Shown piece after piece: positions 1 to 8,914 of a stretch of DNA of 31,994 bases. The DNA lies in IMG/VR virus record IMGVR_UViG_3300012665_000778, positions 1 to 31,994 of that record; one strand, written 5' to 3'. A program made the position numbers and the translations under genes. Origin of the DNA: a virus. Its lineage: Duplodnaviria; Caudoviricetes. The notes under the pieces were generated by a model. The model did not search any database and had not been told where the DNA came from. It was given only the letters and a program-made list of their open reading frames with translations. The stretch's first letter is position 1. The number at the start of each line of letters is the position of its first letter.

Positions 1-1
1 A

Positions 2-520
2 GAAGAACAAGTGTTTAGTCGCAACGCTACCACTTGCCCTAGTCAACTGGCCGCACACAACAATCGTTCAGTTGAACAAAACTACAGCATCTTAAGCTGG
101 GCTAACAAGATCAAACGAGCAGACTCGGGATTTGATTTTATGATCACTGCTCGTGAACACGCTTCACTGGGCGGTGCTTGGACTGCTAACGAAGCATACT
201 CATTTACTCAAACTATTGTTGATGGTGCTGACTTTGGTGATGAACAGTTGGGCACACCTGGCTGGCGCAAGAACATTACAGAACTAGCACGTTTTGGCAA
301 CAATGACACTGATCAAACGTGGGATTATCATTACGATGCTATGGAAGCACGTATGCCTTGGGTAGGTATTGGTATCAATCACGGCTGGTTGACCACAGAT
401 GGATTCCGTGGCGGTTGGTGGGGAACATTGATCACACCCGGTGGTTGGGAACCAGCACCGTGGTTGGCTAATGTCCAAGATGGTGCTCATCCAGGTGTTA
501 TTTGGTATTGGGTAAGGTAA
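2..520 (+). CDS. 5'-truncated Trp/Gly-rich protein, probably the C-terminal domain of a virion or tail-associated protein
   Basis: The frame is open from position 2 (EEQVFSRN...), so the true start lies upstream of the window. It lies in a structural gene neighbourhood. Family not recognised. Confidence 0.5.
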   Translation, partial: EEQVFSRNATTCPSQLAAHNNRSVEQNYSILSWANKIKRADSGFDFMITAREHASLGGAWTANEAYSFTQTIVDGADFGDEQLGTPGWRKNITELARFGNNDTDQTWDYHYDAMEARMPWVGIGINHGWLTTDGFRGGWWGTLITPGGWEPAPWLANVQDGAHPGVIWYWVR

Positions 521-527
521 TTAACGG

Positions 528-533
528 TAAATA
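528..533 (+). promoter_or_regulatory. T4-late-like promoter motif TAAATA
   Basis: Intergenic TAAATA 18 nt before ATG 552. The same motif recurs before many genes (3541, 4830, 8894, 12118, 17267, 17639, 22143, 22337, 23868, 26643). Confidence 0.6.
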
Positions 534-551
534 TTAAAAAGAGAGCGCAAA

Positions 552-1100
552 ATGGCAATTCAAACAATTAACATAGGTAATCAAGTAAACGATGGTTTAG
601 GTGATGACCTACGCACGGCATTTGAAAAAGTTAATGCTAATTTTACAGATTTAGTTTCAAATGTGTTTACCACAGCGTCTAACATCGGCGACACAGGCAC
701 AGGTCTTTTTAAACAAAAAGTTGGTGCAGATCTACAGTTTAAAAAACTAGTTTCTGGAACTAAAATTTTAATCGACGATGCTCCAAGTTCTGTAATTATT
801 AACAGCACAGCACCCGATGCATTTACCAGAATCGACACTAATGCAGGAACAGTAAATGCTGGAACATTTCAACAGATAACTCTACAGGGTGGAGATGACA
901 TAGATGTTACATCTCTAGGTTCAGTTATTACTGTTAACAATGTTATACCTGTAACAAGAATATTAACCACCTACGACTTTGGTCCTATTACAGGGGCATT
1001 TACCAACACGTCACAACTAGCACTGGCGTTTTCAAACATAGACTTTGGAACTGCTACACTACCATCTACAGTCGATTTAGATTGCGGTAGCATTATTTAA
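552..1100 (+). CDS. Virion structural protein with a T4 gp9/gp10-like baseplate N-terminal motif
   Basis: N-terminus INIGNQVNDGLGDDLRTAFEKVNANF matches the DGxGDxLRxAFxKxNxNF motif of T4-like baseplate/tail-fibre-attachment proteins. Confidence 0.7.
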   Translation: MAIQTINIGNQVNDGLGDDLRTAFEKVNANFTDLVSNVFTTASNIGDTGTGLFKQKVGADLQFKKLVSGTKILIDDAPSSVIINSTAPDAFTRIDTNAGTVNAGTFQQITLQGGDDIDVTSLGSVITVNNVIPVTRILTTYDFGPITGAFTNTSQLALAFSNIDFGTATLPSTVDLDCGSII

Positions 1101-1111
1101 GGAGCAGTTAG

Positions 1112-3583
1112 ATGGCTATTACTTGGCTAACACCAGCAGGAAGCCTAGGAATTATCACTGAGCGTGTGATACAAAACATCGCGATATCAGCATCTACAAA
1201 CACTGCAAATCCAATTACCTATTCAATTATCACTGGCGGTCTTCCGCGAGGATTAAGATTACAGGGAAATCGAATTGTCGGATCTCCTGTGGAAGTTAGA
1301 AAATATTCAGAAAGTAGATTTGTCATACGTGCTTCAGACGGTGTTGACATTGAAGACCGAACATTTTCCATTGCAGTTGACGGTTCAGACGTTCCCCAGT
1401 GGATGACACGAGAAGGGTTTCTTAACATTGGTTCCGGCGATGCATATTTTGTTTTAGACAACAGTTATGTTAATTTTGCATTGGATGTATATGATCCAGA
1501 TTTAAATGCTGGTGAAATTTTAGAATTCTATCTAACTCCCACAGGCGGAGAACTTCCCCCAGGATTGAGTCTGAGCAAAGACGGCGTAATATCTGGATTC
1601 ACTGATCCAATCTTTGCAGTTGAATACAGCAATACCTACAATGGTGCTTACGACACTGGTGCATTTGATATAGCACCATTAGATATTGTCGAAGCTAGGT
1701 CTAACGGTTTTGACAGTTATTTTTATGATACACAAACTTTTGATTACTCAGAAGGCAGCAGAGGCCCGAGACGTTTAAGTAGGATCTACACTTTTGCTGT
1801 ATCAGTCACAGACAGTATTAATACCGTCAACAGAGTTTTTAAAATTTATGTGGTCACCGAAGAGTTCTTACAAGCAGACAACAGTATTCTACAAGTTGAT
1901 ACAAATTTATTTCAAGCAGATGCATCAGCTTATAGGGTTCCTTTATGGATTACCGAAAGCAATCTAGGAAGATACAGAGCTAACAATTATCTAACAGTAT
2001 ACCTAGATGTATATGATCCACCGTCGCTGTCTGGAACTATCACATACATTAAACTTCCTACAAATCCGGATAACACTGTTAGTGAATTACCCCCTGGATT
2101 AGAATTAGATTCGGTCACTGGTGAATTAGCCGGCAAAGTTCCTTACCAGGCAAGATTATCACAAACCTATCAGTTTACCATGCTAGCTGTAAATTTTCCA
2201 GCACAATTAGCCAATGTAAATTATGTATGGAAAAATACTTGGAATTCAACTTCTAATTATTTTGTCAACGATGCTGTGAGTTTTTTAAATGAAATTTATA
2301 TTTGTGTTGAAGCCAACAGAAATAAACTGCCAGATGAATCTGTTAATTTTTGGACAAAGGGAACTACCAGTGCTGCTAAAACATTTTCTATAGAAATTAT
2401 AGGAGAAATTGAAAGCGCCATTAACTGGATTTCTCCTAGTGACAGAGGGACTATTAAACCTAATCAGTCTAGTATCCTGTATGTCGAAGCAGAAAGTTTA
2501 TTGTATGGTGGAAAAGTAGTTTATGAATTTGTGTCAGGAAAATTACCTCCAGGCCTAGAATTATTGCCCACCGGTTTAATTGAAGGTAAAGTTAAGCAGT
2601 TTGCAGATTCAAACGGACTAGGATTAACAAGATTTTTTGATCACGATTCGAGTTTAGTTGACTCGACTGGTTCTAGATCATTTAACACATCCTTCGATGG
2701 ATTAACTACATCGTTTGATAAAGCATATACATTCACTGTTAAAGCCAGAGATTCTGCAAACTTTTCAGAGTCTACTAAAACATTTAAAATAACAGTAATT
2801 GCTGACAATACAAAAACTTATGCCAACCTGTATGTAAAATCATTTCAAAATAAACAAAAAAGATTAACCTGGTATAATTTTATCACTGACGTTACTATCT
2901 TTACTCCGGACGACATTTATAGATACGGCGATTTAAATTTTGGAATACAGACAGATCTTAAAATGTTAGTGTTTGCCGGCATCGAAAGCACCGAAGCTGT
3001 AAAGTATGTTCAGGCAATGAGCAGAAATCATTATCGAAAAAGATTGTTGTTTGGTAACATTAAATCTGCTAAAGCCAAAGACCCTGTGACACAAGAAACT
3101 ATTTACGAAGTAATCTATGCAGAAATAATTGACCCATATGAAAAAGATGGAACAAGTATTAGTCAGACCATAGAATTACCAAATAATATAAACAGCAAAG
3201 TGTTAATCAGTTATGATTCTATTAAAGTAAGCAGCGATATTCCGCTAGTAAGTGACAGCGATCATCAAAGAGTATTTCCAAATTCTATTAAAAATATGAG
3301 AAGTAGAATTCGAAACGTAGGGGATAGAGATCGAGAATTTTTACCTCTGTGGATGCGCAGTATCCAAGATCAAGCCACTTCCGAAACAGGATTTGTTAAA
3401 GCCCTGACATTATGTTATGCTAAACCAGGAAAAGCTGACGCTGTTATAACTCGAATTAAAGCATCAAATTTTGATTTTAAAACTATTGATTTTGAATCAG
3501 ACAGATACATCATAGATATTTTAGATGGGGAAATAGAGGATAAATACCTTGCGTTTCCGCAACGTGGAGAAAAATTACCGTGA
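1112..3583 (+). CDS. Large virion protein with putative Ig (He_PIG/cadherin-like) repeats and a CBM5/12-like insert
   Basis: Repeated LPxGL motifs (LPRGLRL, LPPGLSLSKDGVISG, LPPGLELDSVTGELAG, LPPGLELLPTGLIEG) followed by F-T-V/I strands. SD AAGGAG upstream. Confidence 0.7.
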   Translation: MAITWLTPAGSLGIITERVIQNIAISASTNTANPITYSIITGGLPRGLRLQGNRIVGSPVEVRKYSESRFVIRASDGVDIEDRTFSIAVDGSDVPQWMTREGFLNIGSGDAYFVLDNSYVNFALDVYDPDLNAGEILEFYLTPTGGELPPGLSLSKDGVISGFTDPIFAVEYSNTYNGAYDTGAFDIAPLDIVEARSNGFDSYFYDTQTFDYSEGSRGPRRLSRIYTFAVSVTDSINTVNRVFKIYVVTEEFLQADNSILQVDTNLFQADASAYRVPLWITESNLGRYRANNYLTVYLDVYDPPSLSGTITYIKLPTNPDNTVSELPPGLELDSVTGELAGKVPYQARLSQTYQFTMLAVNFPAQLANVNYVWKNTWNSTSNYFVNDAVSFLNEIYICVEANRNKLPDESVNFWTKGTTSAAKTFSIEIIGEIESAINWISPSDRGTIKPNQSSILYVEAESLLYGGKVVYEFVSGKLPPGLELLPTGLIEGKVKQFADSNGLGLTRFFDHDSSLVDSTGSRSFNTSFDGLTTSFDKAYTFTVKARDSANFSESTKTFKITVIADNTKTYANLYVKSFQNKQKRLTWYNFITDVTIFTPDDIYRYGDLNFGIQTDLKMLVFAGIESTEAVKYVQAMSRNHYRKRLLFGNIKSAKAKDPVTQETIYEVIYAEIIDPYEKDGTSISQTIELPNNINSKVLISYDSIKVSSDIPLVSDSDHQRVFPNSIKNMRSRIRNVGDRDREFLPLWMRSIQDQATSETGFVKALTLCYAKPGKADAVITRIKASNFDFKTIDFESDRYIIDILDGEIEDKYLAFPQRGEKLP

Positions 3584-4182
3584 CCAGCAATATTAACTAT
3601 TTGAGCATTAATGAAAACTTTCCTGTGGCAGGAGAGGACAACGACACACAGGTGTTCCGTGACAATTTTGATACTATCAAAATCAGTCTAAGAAACGCCA
3701 AAGACGAAATTACAGATTTACAAAACACCACAGCTAAAACTAATTCAGACAACGATTTTAGTTTATATAAGATTAGTAATGCTCTGTTACAAAACAATAG
3801 ACAACAAAAATGGAATGGCGGCCCTGTAACTGCTAGTCCGACAACTATTGATTTCGAGCAAGGCTCATATCAAATTTACACTGTTGGAGCAAATGTTACA
3901 TTTGACTTTTTAAACTTTCCTGGCGATCCGGTGTTCACAGCAGAATCTTCTCCGATTGGAATGGGTAAGGTTACCTTAGAACTTTACAGCGACGGCTCAA
4001 CACCTAGAACTGCATCGTTTTCTACATCGGGCGGAACAATTATTAAATCAAATGGATTCCCTGGATATGCATCAGGAACACCAATTTTGACGTTGACTTC
4101 AGCTACAAATCCTGTTATTATTGAAGTGTGGCGACACAGTCAAGAAATAATTTTTATGAGATACATAGGTCAATTTGCATAA
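3580..4182 (+). CDS. Putative virion structural protein
   Basis: GTG start overlaps the upstream TGA. N-terminal FPVAGEDNDTQVFRDNF, then a coiled coil and a beta-rich domain. TAAATA at 3541. Confidence 0.55.
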   Translation: MTSNINYLSINENFPVAGEDNDTQVFRDNFDTIKISLRNAKDEITDLQNTTAKTNSDNDFSLYKISNALLQNNRQQKWNGGPVTASPTTIDFEQGSYQIYTVGANVTFDFLNFPGDPVFTAESSPIGMGKVTLELYSDGSTPRTASFSTSGGTIIKSNGFPGYASGTPILTLTSATNPVIIEVWRHSQEIIFMRYIGQFA

Positions 4183-4415
4183 TGTTTCATCCATTAGAAG
4201 GTGATTTATCAGAACTTAAAGATGCTGAAGTTGAACAGCGTCTTTTAGAATTGAACAAAAAATACTTCGCAGCATACCGTCTGGGCAAGCCAGAACTGTT
4301 GACACAACTCGCTACTTTTGTTACAATATACAAAGAAGAACTTCGAAAACGCCAATTGGCAAAAATGAAGGATAATTTGGATGGCGACTTGGATCAACTG
4401 ATTAATGTGGACTAA
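4182..4415 (+). CDS. Hypothetical helical protein (77 aa, MFHPLEGDLSEL...)
   Basis: Start reassigned to ATG 4182 (TAATG coupling with the upstream stop). Confidence 0.65.
   Translation: MFHPLEGDLSELKDAEVEQRLLELNKKYFAAYRLGKPELLTQLATFVTIYKEELRKRQLAKMKDNLDGDLDQLINVD
4299..4327 (+). promoter_or_regulatory. sigma70-type promoter inside the ORF, upstream of the DnaE fragment
   Basis: TTGACA(4299-4304)-17 bp-TACAAT(4322-4327), with an extended -10 TG. Confidence 0.65.
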
Positions 4416-4872
4416 ATTTAATACGGAACAGGAATTAATACAGGGTGTGATAAATCACGGACCTGATATTTTAAATTTTTGTCAAACTACTGAAAATTTA
4501 TCAAAGTATTTTGATAGATTAGATCAAGAACGATTAAATTATCCTCATCCTAAAAATCAAATAGATTCAACAAAATGGTTTATTCCTTACGAATATCAAA
4601 ACATGGATATCGAAGGATTTTTAACCAATGCTTGTCCTAAAGAAAATTATGATAGGCTACACAGAGAATTAATGTTATATAAAAAGAATAATATGATTCC
4701 TGTGTTAAAAACTATGAAATATATAGTAGATACATTGAGAAAAAATAATGTAGTTTGGGGTGTAGGCAGAGGAAGTTCTGTGTCGAGTTATGCGCTCTTT
4801 TTAATAGGGGTCCATAAGATCGATAGTGTTAAATACAACCTACCAATAGAAGAATTCTTCAAGGAGATATAA
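4405..4872 (+). CDS. Stand-alone fragment of DNA polymerase III alpha subunit (DnaE palm N-terminal part)
   Basis: YIVDTLRKNNVVWGVGRGSSVSSYALFLIGVHKIDSVKYNLPIEEF matches the DnaE GPGRGSAAGSLVAY.LGIT.IDP..Y.L.FERF motif. It ends before the PDIDxD motif. Confidence 0.8.
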   Translation: MWTKFNTEQELIQGVINHGPDILNFCQTTENLSKYFDRLDQERLNYPHPKNQIDSTKWFIPYEYQNMDIEGFLTNACPKENYDRLHRELMLYKKNNMIPVLKTMKYIVDTLRKNNVVWGVGRGSSVSSYALFLIGVHKIDSVKYNLPIEEFFKEI

Positions 4873-4873
4873 A

Positions 4874-5098
4874 ATGGGTAAAGTATATACCAGTATTAGA
4901 GGCAAAGAGGTTGACATGGAAAAGTTATCTCTTAAAAACGAAACATTGCCAGCAGTTGGAAATCTAAAAGTAAATGCTCGTGGCGATGAACTAGGTTCCG
5001 GTGGTAAGATTGTTAGAACTAGAGAGCAAATTTTACAAGATTATTATAAAAATAATCCAAGAGCTATTCAAGAAGAACTAGTAACGAGAAAGAAATAA
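4874..5098 (+). CDS. Hypothetical phage protein (74 aa)
   Basis: SD AAGGAG; TAAATA at 4830; motif AVGNLKVNARGDELG. Confidence 0.7.
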   Translation: MGKVYTSIRGKEVDMEKLSLKNETLPAVGNLKVNARGDELGSGGKIVRTREQILQDYYKNNPRAIQEELVTRKK

Positions 5099-5099
5099 A

Positions 5100-5453
5100 A
5101 TGAATTTATTACCACATCAAATCAAAATAAGAGCCCTGCACGACGATGTAATCATCACGGAAATGAATTTTGATGAAATTAAAACCACCAGCGGAATTAT
5201 CCTAAGAAGTGACAACGGAAAATCGCACGGTGTTCGTCCACGATGGGGTAAAGTTTATGCTGTTGGTCCCGAGCAACAGGATGTTAAACTAGGTCAATGG
5301 ATTCTTGTAGAGCATGGAAGATGGACTAGAGGAATTAAGATTGATGACGGTTACGGCGAAAAAGTAATTCAAAAAGTAGACGTTAAGTGTATTATGGCTG
5401 TCAGCGATCAAGCCCCTTCCTTCGAAGACGACTATATTCCAGATAGCGTATAA
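5100..5453 (+). CDS. groES: Co-chaperonin GroES/Cpn10
   Basis: IRALHDDVII...KTTSGIIL...GKVYAVGP...VKLGQWIL pattern of Cpn10. Confidence 0.85.
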   Translation: MNLLPHQIKIRALHDDVIITEMNFDEIKTTSGIILRSDNGKSHGVRPRWGKVYAVGPEQQDVKLGQWILVEHGRWTRGIKIDDGYGEKVIQKVDVKCIMAVSDQAPSFEDDYIPDSV

Positions 5454-5692
5454 TGGGTTTACGAAAAAATTGGGACGTAGCTGATATCGCCAATCAGCTA
5501 CACTCACTGTCCAGAGAATGTAACAGCAGTTACACAGATGGATTTACATCATTTGAGTTCAAAAAAGAACTCTATCTAATTAAACAAATTGTAGACCAAG
5601 CTCTAGAATCTTCTCCAAACTTTGGAGAATTGGAGCAACGATGGTTGACAGAACAAGAACAAAAGCGTATCATTAAGATATTAAAGTCTTAA
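5453..5692 (+). CDS. Hypothetical protein
   Basis: TAATG-coupled ORF that fills the gap. Confidence 0.65.
   Translation: MGLRKNWDVADIANQLHSLSRECNSSYTDGFTSFEFKKELYLIKQIVDQALESSPNFGELEQRWLTEQEQKRIIKILKS
5645..5673 (+). promoter_or_regulatory. sigma70-type promoter inside the ORF, upstream of the MazG-like gene
   Basis: TTGACA(5645-5650)-17 bp-TATCAT(5668-5673). Confidence 0.6.
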
Positions 5693-5701
5693 GGAGATAC
5701 A

Positions 5702-6073
5702 ATGACTAATCCTTTTCGCGATCAAGCGAAATTTATGACAGCCTGCGATCAATCAGTTGAAGGTTGGAATCAACCGCAATTTAATCTCTACGTTAGTTTA
5801 ATTGACGAAGAAGTAAAAGAATTAAAAGAAGCAATTAATAATTGCGACAGCGTCGAAGTATTAGACGCACTAACAGATATCCTTGTGGTCACCGTTGGGG
5901 CTATTCATAGCATGGGTGCAGATGCAGAGGGTGCATGGAAAGAAGTCATGCAAACCAACTTTGCTAAAATTGACAAAGAAACTGGCAAAGTGCGTAAGCG
6001 TGAAGATGGTAAAGTTTTAAAACCAATCGGATGGGTCGCTCCAAGCCTTAAAGAGTTTTTGGAGAAGAAATGA
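5702..6073 (+). CDS. MazG-like / all-alpha NTP pyrophosphohydrolase
   Basis: LIDEEVKEL...EVLDALTDIL (EExxE...ExxD) and KREDGKVLKP motifs. Confidence 0.8.
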   Translation: MTNPFRDQAKFMTACDQSVEGWNQPQFNLYVSLIDEEVKELKEAINNCDSVEVLDALTDILVVTVGAIHSMGADAEGAWKEVMQTNFAKIDKETGKVRKREDGKVLKPIGWVAPSLKEFLEKK

Positions 6074-6510
6074 AAATAGGTTTTACCTGTTCAACCTTTG
6101 ATCTGTTTCACGCAGGTCATATCATGATGCTTAAAGAAGCAAAGACTCAATGCGACCATTTGATTGTGGGATTACAAACCGATCCCACTATCGATCGCCC
6201 TGGAATTAAAAACAAGCCCGTTCAAAGTGTGTTTGAACGCTATGAACAGCTCAAGGCCTGCAAGTATGTAGACGAAATTCTTGTATACGAAACAGAAGAA
6301 GATCTTGTAAACATCTTGCTTTCTTATCCTATTAATGTTAGAATACTAGGACAGGAATACGAACACGAAGATTTTACTGGAAGATACGAATGTATGAATC
6401 ACGGTATTGAATTTTATTTCAATAAACGTGAACACAATTTCTCAACCAGCGAATTAAGGCAGCGAGTAATTGCTGCTGAAATTAACAAAACTTTAAAAGA
6501 TGCAAGCTGA
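6070..6510 (+). CDS. Glycerol-3-phosphate cytidylyltransferase-like protein (TagD family)
   Basis: TFDLFHAGH (HxGH), LIVGLQTD, ACKYVDEI and RxHxFSTSELR motifs. Confidence 0.85.
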   Translation: MKIGFTCSTFDLFHAGHIMMLKEAKTQCDHLIVGLQTDPTIDRPGIKNKPVQSVFERYEQLKACKYVDEILVYETEEDLVNILLSYPINVRILGQEYEHEDFTGRYECMNHGIEFYFNKREHNFSTSELRQRVIAAEINKTLKDAS

Positions 6511-6581
6511 AGAGTATCACGAAAAACCAGAGCCCTGCTATATTATAGAAGGCGAATGGGCCAACGACACAGAGGAAGAAA

Positions 6582-7499
6582 ATGAAAGAATTATGGGTAG
6601 AGAAGTATCGTCCAAAGACAATTGATGGTTATGTATTTAGAGATGCACATCAACGAAAACAAGTAGAAACATGGGTTAAAGATAAAAGCATTCCCCATCT
6701 ATTGTTAAGTGGTAGTGCTGGCATTGGTAAAACCACATTGGCTAAAATCTTAATTAGCGAACTAGGCATTGAAGATTATGATGTGTTAGAAATTAACGCA
6801 TCACGCACAAACTCAGTTGACGATGTTCGAGATAAGATCACAAACTTTGTGCAAATGATTCCGTTTGGGCCTTTTAAAGTAGTGTTACTAGACGAGGCAG
6901 ATTATCTATCACCTAACGCACAAGCAGCACTTCGTGGTGTTATGGAAGAATATCATGCAACTGCTAGATTTATTTTAACCTGTAACTACCCTAATCGTAT
7001 TATTCCTGCGATCCATAGTCGTTGTCAAGGGTTTCATGTCGAACGAACTGATATGACCGAGTATACTGCTAGAGCTGCCACAGTGTTAGTTGAAGAAGGT
7101 GTGGACTTTGAATTAGATACATTGGATGGCTATGTTAAAGTTGCTTATCCGGATTTAAGAAAATGTCTACAATTACTACAACAAAACAGTCAAGAAGGAA
7201 AACTCAATCCTCCTAATCAAGGCGATGCCGGGGCTGCTGATTGGAAGTTTGATATGATTAGTTTGTTTAAGGCAGGTAAAATTACCGAGGCACGTAAAAT
7301 GCTCTGCGGTAAATTACGTGCAGAAGAAATGGAAGAAGTGTTTGTTTGGTTATATAATAATCTTGATATTTTTGGATCAGAAGAAAATCAAGACAAAGCT
7401 ATTGTTATAATCAAACAAGGTCTTGTGGATCATACATTAATTATTGATCCAGAAATCAATCTTGCGGCAACATTAGTAAGACTTTCAAAATTAGTATGA
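6582..7499 (+). CDS. Clamp loader small subunit (RFC / T4 gp44-like AAA+ ATPase)
   Basis: LWVEKYRP, Walker A GSAGIGKTT, Walker B LLDEAD, SRC motif. Confidence 0.92.
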   Translation: MKELWVEKYRPKTIDGYVFRDAHQRKQVETWVKDKSIPHLLLSGSAGIGKTTLAKILISELGIEDYDVLEINASRTNSVDDVRDKITNFVQMIPFGPFKVVLLDEADYLSPNAQAALRGVMEEYHATARFILTCNYPNRIIPAIHSRCQGFHVERTDMTEYTARAATVLVEEGVDFELDTLDGYVKVAYPDLRKCLQLLQQNSQEGKLNPPNQGDAGAADWKFDMISLFKAGKITEARKMLCGKLRAEEMEEVFVWLYNNLDIFGSEENQDKAIVIIKQGLVDHTLIIDPEINLAATLVRLSKLV

Positions 7500-8023
7500 A
7501 AGAAAAATTTAAACAATCTTATATGAAAACAGCTGAGGTCTTTGCAGACCTTAGTCATGCTCGTAGATTGCATGTAGGTGCTATTGTAGTCAAGGATGAT
7601 AGAATTATCTCTATTGGTTACAATGGTATGCCGGCCGGATGGGATAATAACTGCGAAGATATTGAATGGATGGGCGATGCCGGCGGTTGGCTTGATCCAA
7701 CGGAGATAGAAGAACGATGGCCGTTTGAAGGAGAAATGATTACGTATCACAGCGATGATACTTGTCATACTCGTAGTAATCGATATCGTCTTAAAACTAA
7801 ACCAGAGGTATTACATGCAGAAACTAACGCCATTGCCAAACTGGCTAAGTCTAACGAATCTGGTATGGGTGCTACTATGTTTATTACCCATGCTCCATGT
7901 TTGGACTGTGCCAAACTTATCTACCAAAGTGGTATTGGCAGTGTTCTATATAGGAACGCTTATCGGGATACTAGTGGTATCACGTTTTTGGAACGGTCAG
8001 GGATTAAAGTAGAACAGGTATAA
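7496..8023 (+). CDS. dCMP deaminase
   Basis: VGAIVVK...GYNG, HAETNAI and PCLDCAK zinc motifs. Confidence 0.92.
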   Translation: MKEKFKQSYMKTAEVFADLSHARRLHVGAIVVKDDRIISIGYNGMPAGWDNNCEDIEWMGDAGGWLDPTEIEERWPFEGEMITYHSDDTCHTRSNRYRLKTKPEVLHAETNAIAKLAKSNESGMGATMFITHAPCLDCAKLIYQSGIGSVLYRNAYRDTSGITFLERSGIKVEQV

Positions 8024-8024
8024 C

Positions 8025-8051
8025 AAAAAAGGACCCGAAGGTCCTTTTTTT
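8025..8051. terminator. Bidirectional intrinsic terminator between the convergent dCMP deaminase and phoH genes
   Basis: AAAAAA-GGACC-CGAA-GGTCC-TTTTTTT. The minus strand reads as a C(UUCG)G tetraloop. Confidence 0.9.
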
Positions 8052-8772
8052 ATGAGTCTTTGTAAATCGCTAATATCTCCTTTACAGCTTCGTGTCGTTC
8101 AACATCACCTACAGTGAAGTGACAGACATCTACATAACGATTATTTTTAAAATCTTTAAAGAGTCCTAAAAACTCTAAAAGACCATTGTTGCTAGGACGA
8201 TCGGCTTGTTGTAGGTCTCCCGTAACTACCATCTTGCTTTTATGTCCTAAACGTGTTAGCAACATTTTCATCTGTGACGGTGTAGCATTTTGCATTTCAT
8301 CTGCAATAACTACAGCATTTTTAAATGTTCGTCCTCTCATATATGCTAGAGGGCTAACTTCAATCACCCCCTCTGTTATCATGTTTGTAATTTCTCTAGC
8401 ATTGTAATTTTCTGAAAACACATCCATTATGGGCTTTGTCCAAGGTTCCATTTTTTGATTCAAATCCCCGGGTAAAAAGCCGTGCTGTTCATCTACGCTT
8501 ACAGCAGGTCTCGTAATAATTATCTTATCAATATCCCCATACTTTAACTGATCAATAGCCCACTGAACGGCCAACATGGTTTTGCCGGTGCCTGCTGGCC
8601 CGATGGCAAAAACTATCATTTTTTGGGTGTCGTTGAGTTTAAGTAGGTAGCTTTCTTGGCTAAGATTTTTAGGATATATCTGGACTCGTTTACGTTTTTC
8701 GTCTAGACGTTGATGGATATTTATTACGTTTGGTTGCAAAACTGCTGGTTGCTGCGCTCTTTTACGCTTCAT
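8050..8772 (-). CDS. phoH: PhoH-like ATPase
   Basis: GPAGTGKT, IITRPAV, GFLPGD, YMRGRTF, ADEMQN, TGDLQQAD motifs. Confidence 0.93.
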   Translation of the reverse strand: MKRKRAQQPAVLQPNVINIHQRLDEKRKRVQIYPKNLSQESYLLKLNDTQKMIVFAIGPAGTGKTMLAVQWAIDQLKYGDIDKIIITRPAVSVDEQHGFLPGDLNQKMEPWTKPIMDVFSENYNAREITNMITEGVIEVSPLAYMRGRTFKNAVVIADEMQNATPSQMKMLLTRLGHKSKMVVTGDLQQADRPSNNGLLEFLGLFKDFKNNRYVDVCHFTVGDVERHEAVKEILAIYKDS

Positions 8773-8843
8773 ATAAGGTTAGCCCTCCTTTAAAGTGCTA
8801 GGCACGGACCCTAAACCGTAGTGCCCGTGACCGAACACAAACG

Positions 8844-8899
8844 TATTTAATGTCTGATACAAAATAATATGTGTTATGTTTAAATTTTCGCGATAAATA
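8844..8899. promoter_or_regulatory. Divergent pair of late-type TAAATA motifs
   Basis: TATTTA 8844-8849 (minus strand, toward phoH) and TAAATA 8894-8899 (plus strand, toward 8915). Confidence 0.55.
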
Positions 8900-8914
8900 C
8901 AAGTGGGAGAAGTT

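Noticed and set aside
4849-4860. Perfect 12-bp palindrome GAAGAATTCTTC
   Set aside because: It is a single copy within coding sequence (EEFF) and is plausible by chance in 32 kb.
6500-6625. 41-aa ORF (MQAEEYHEKPEPCYIIEGEW...) bridging the TagD-like gene and the clamp loader
   Set aside because: It is short, has no clear SD and overlaps the clamp loader by 44 nt. It could be a gene remnant but cannot be supported.
7650-7800. Insertion in dCMP deaminase before the HAE motif, considered as an intein or intron
   Set aside because: It is about 40 aa, in frame, with no C-terminal HN intein end or endonuclease motif. This is a variable region in phage dCMP deaminases.
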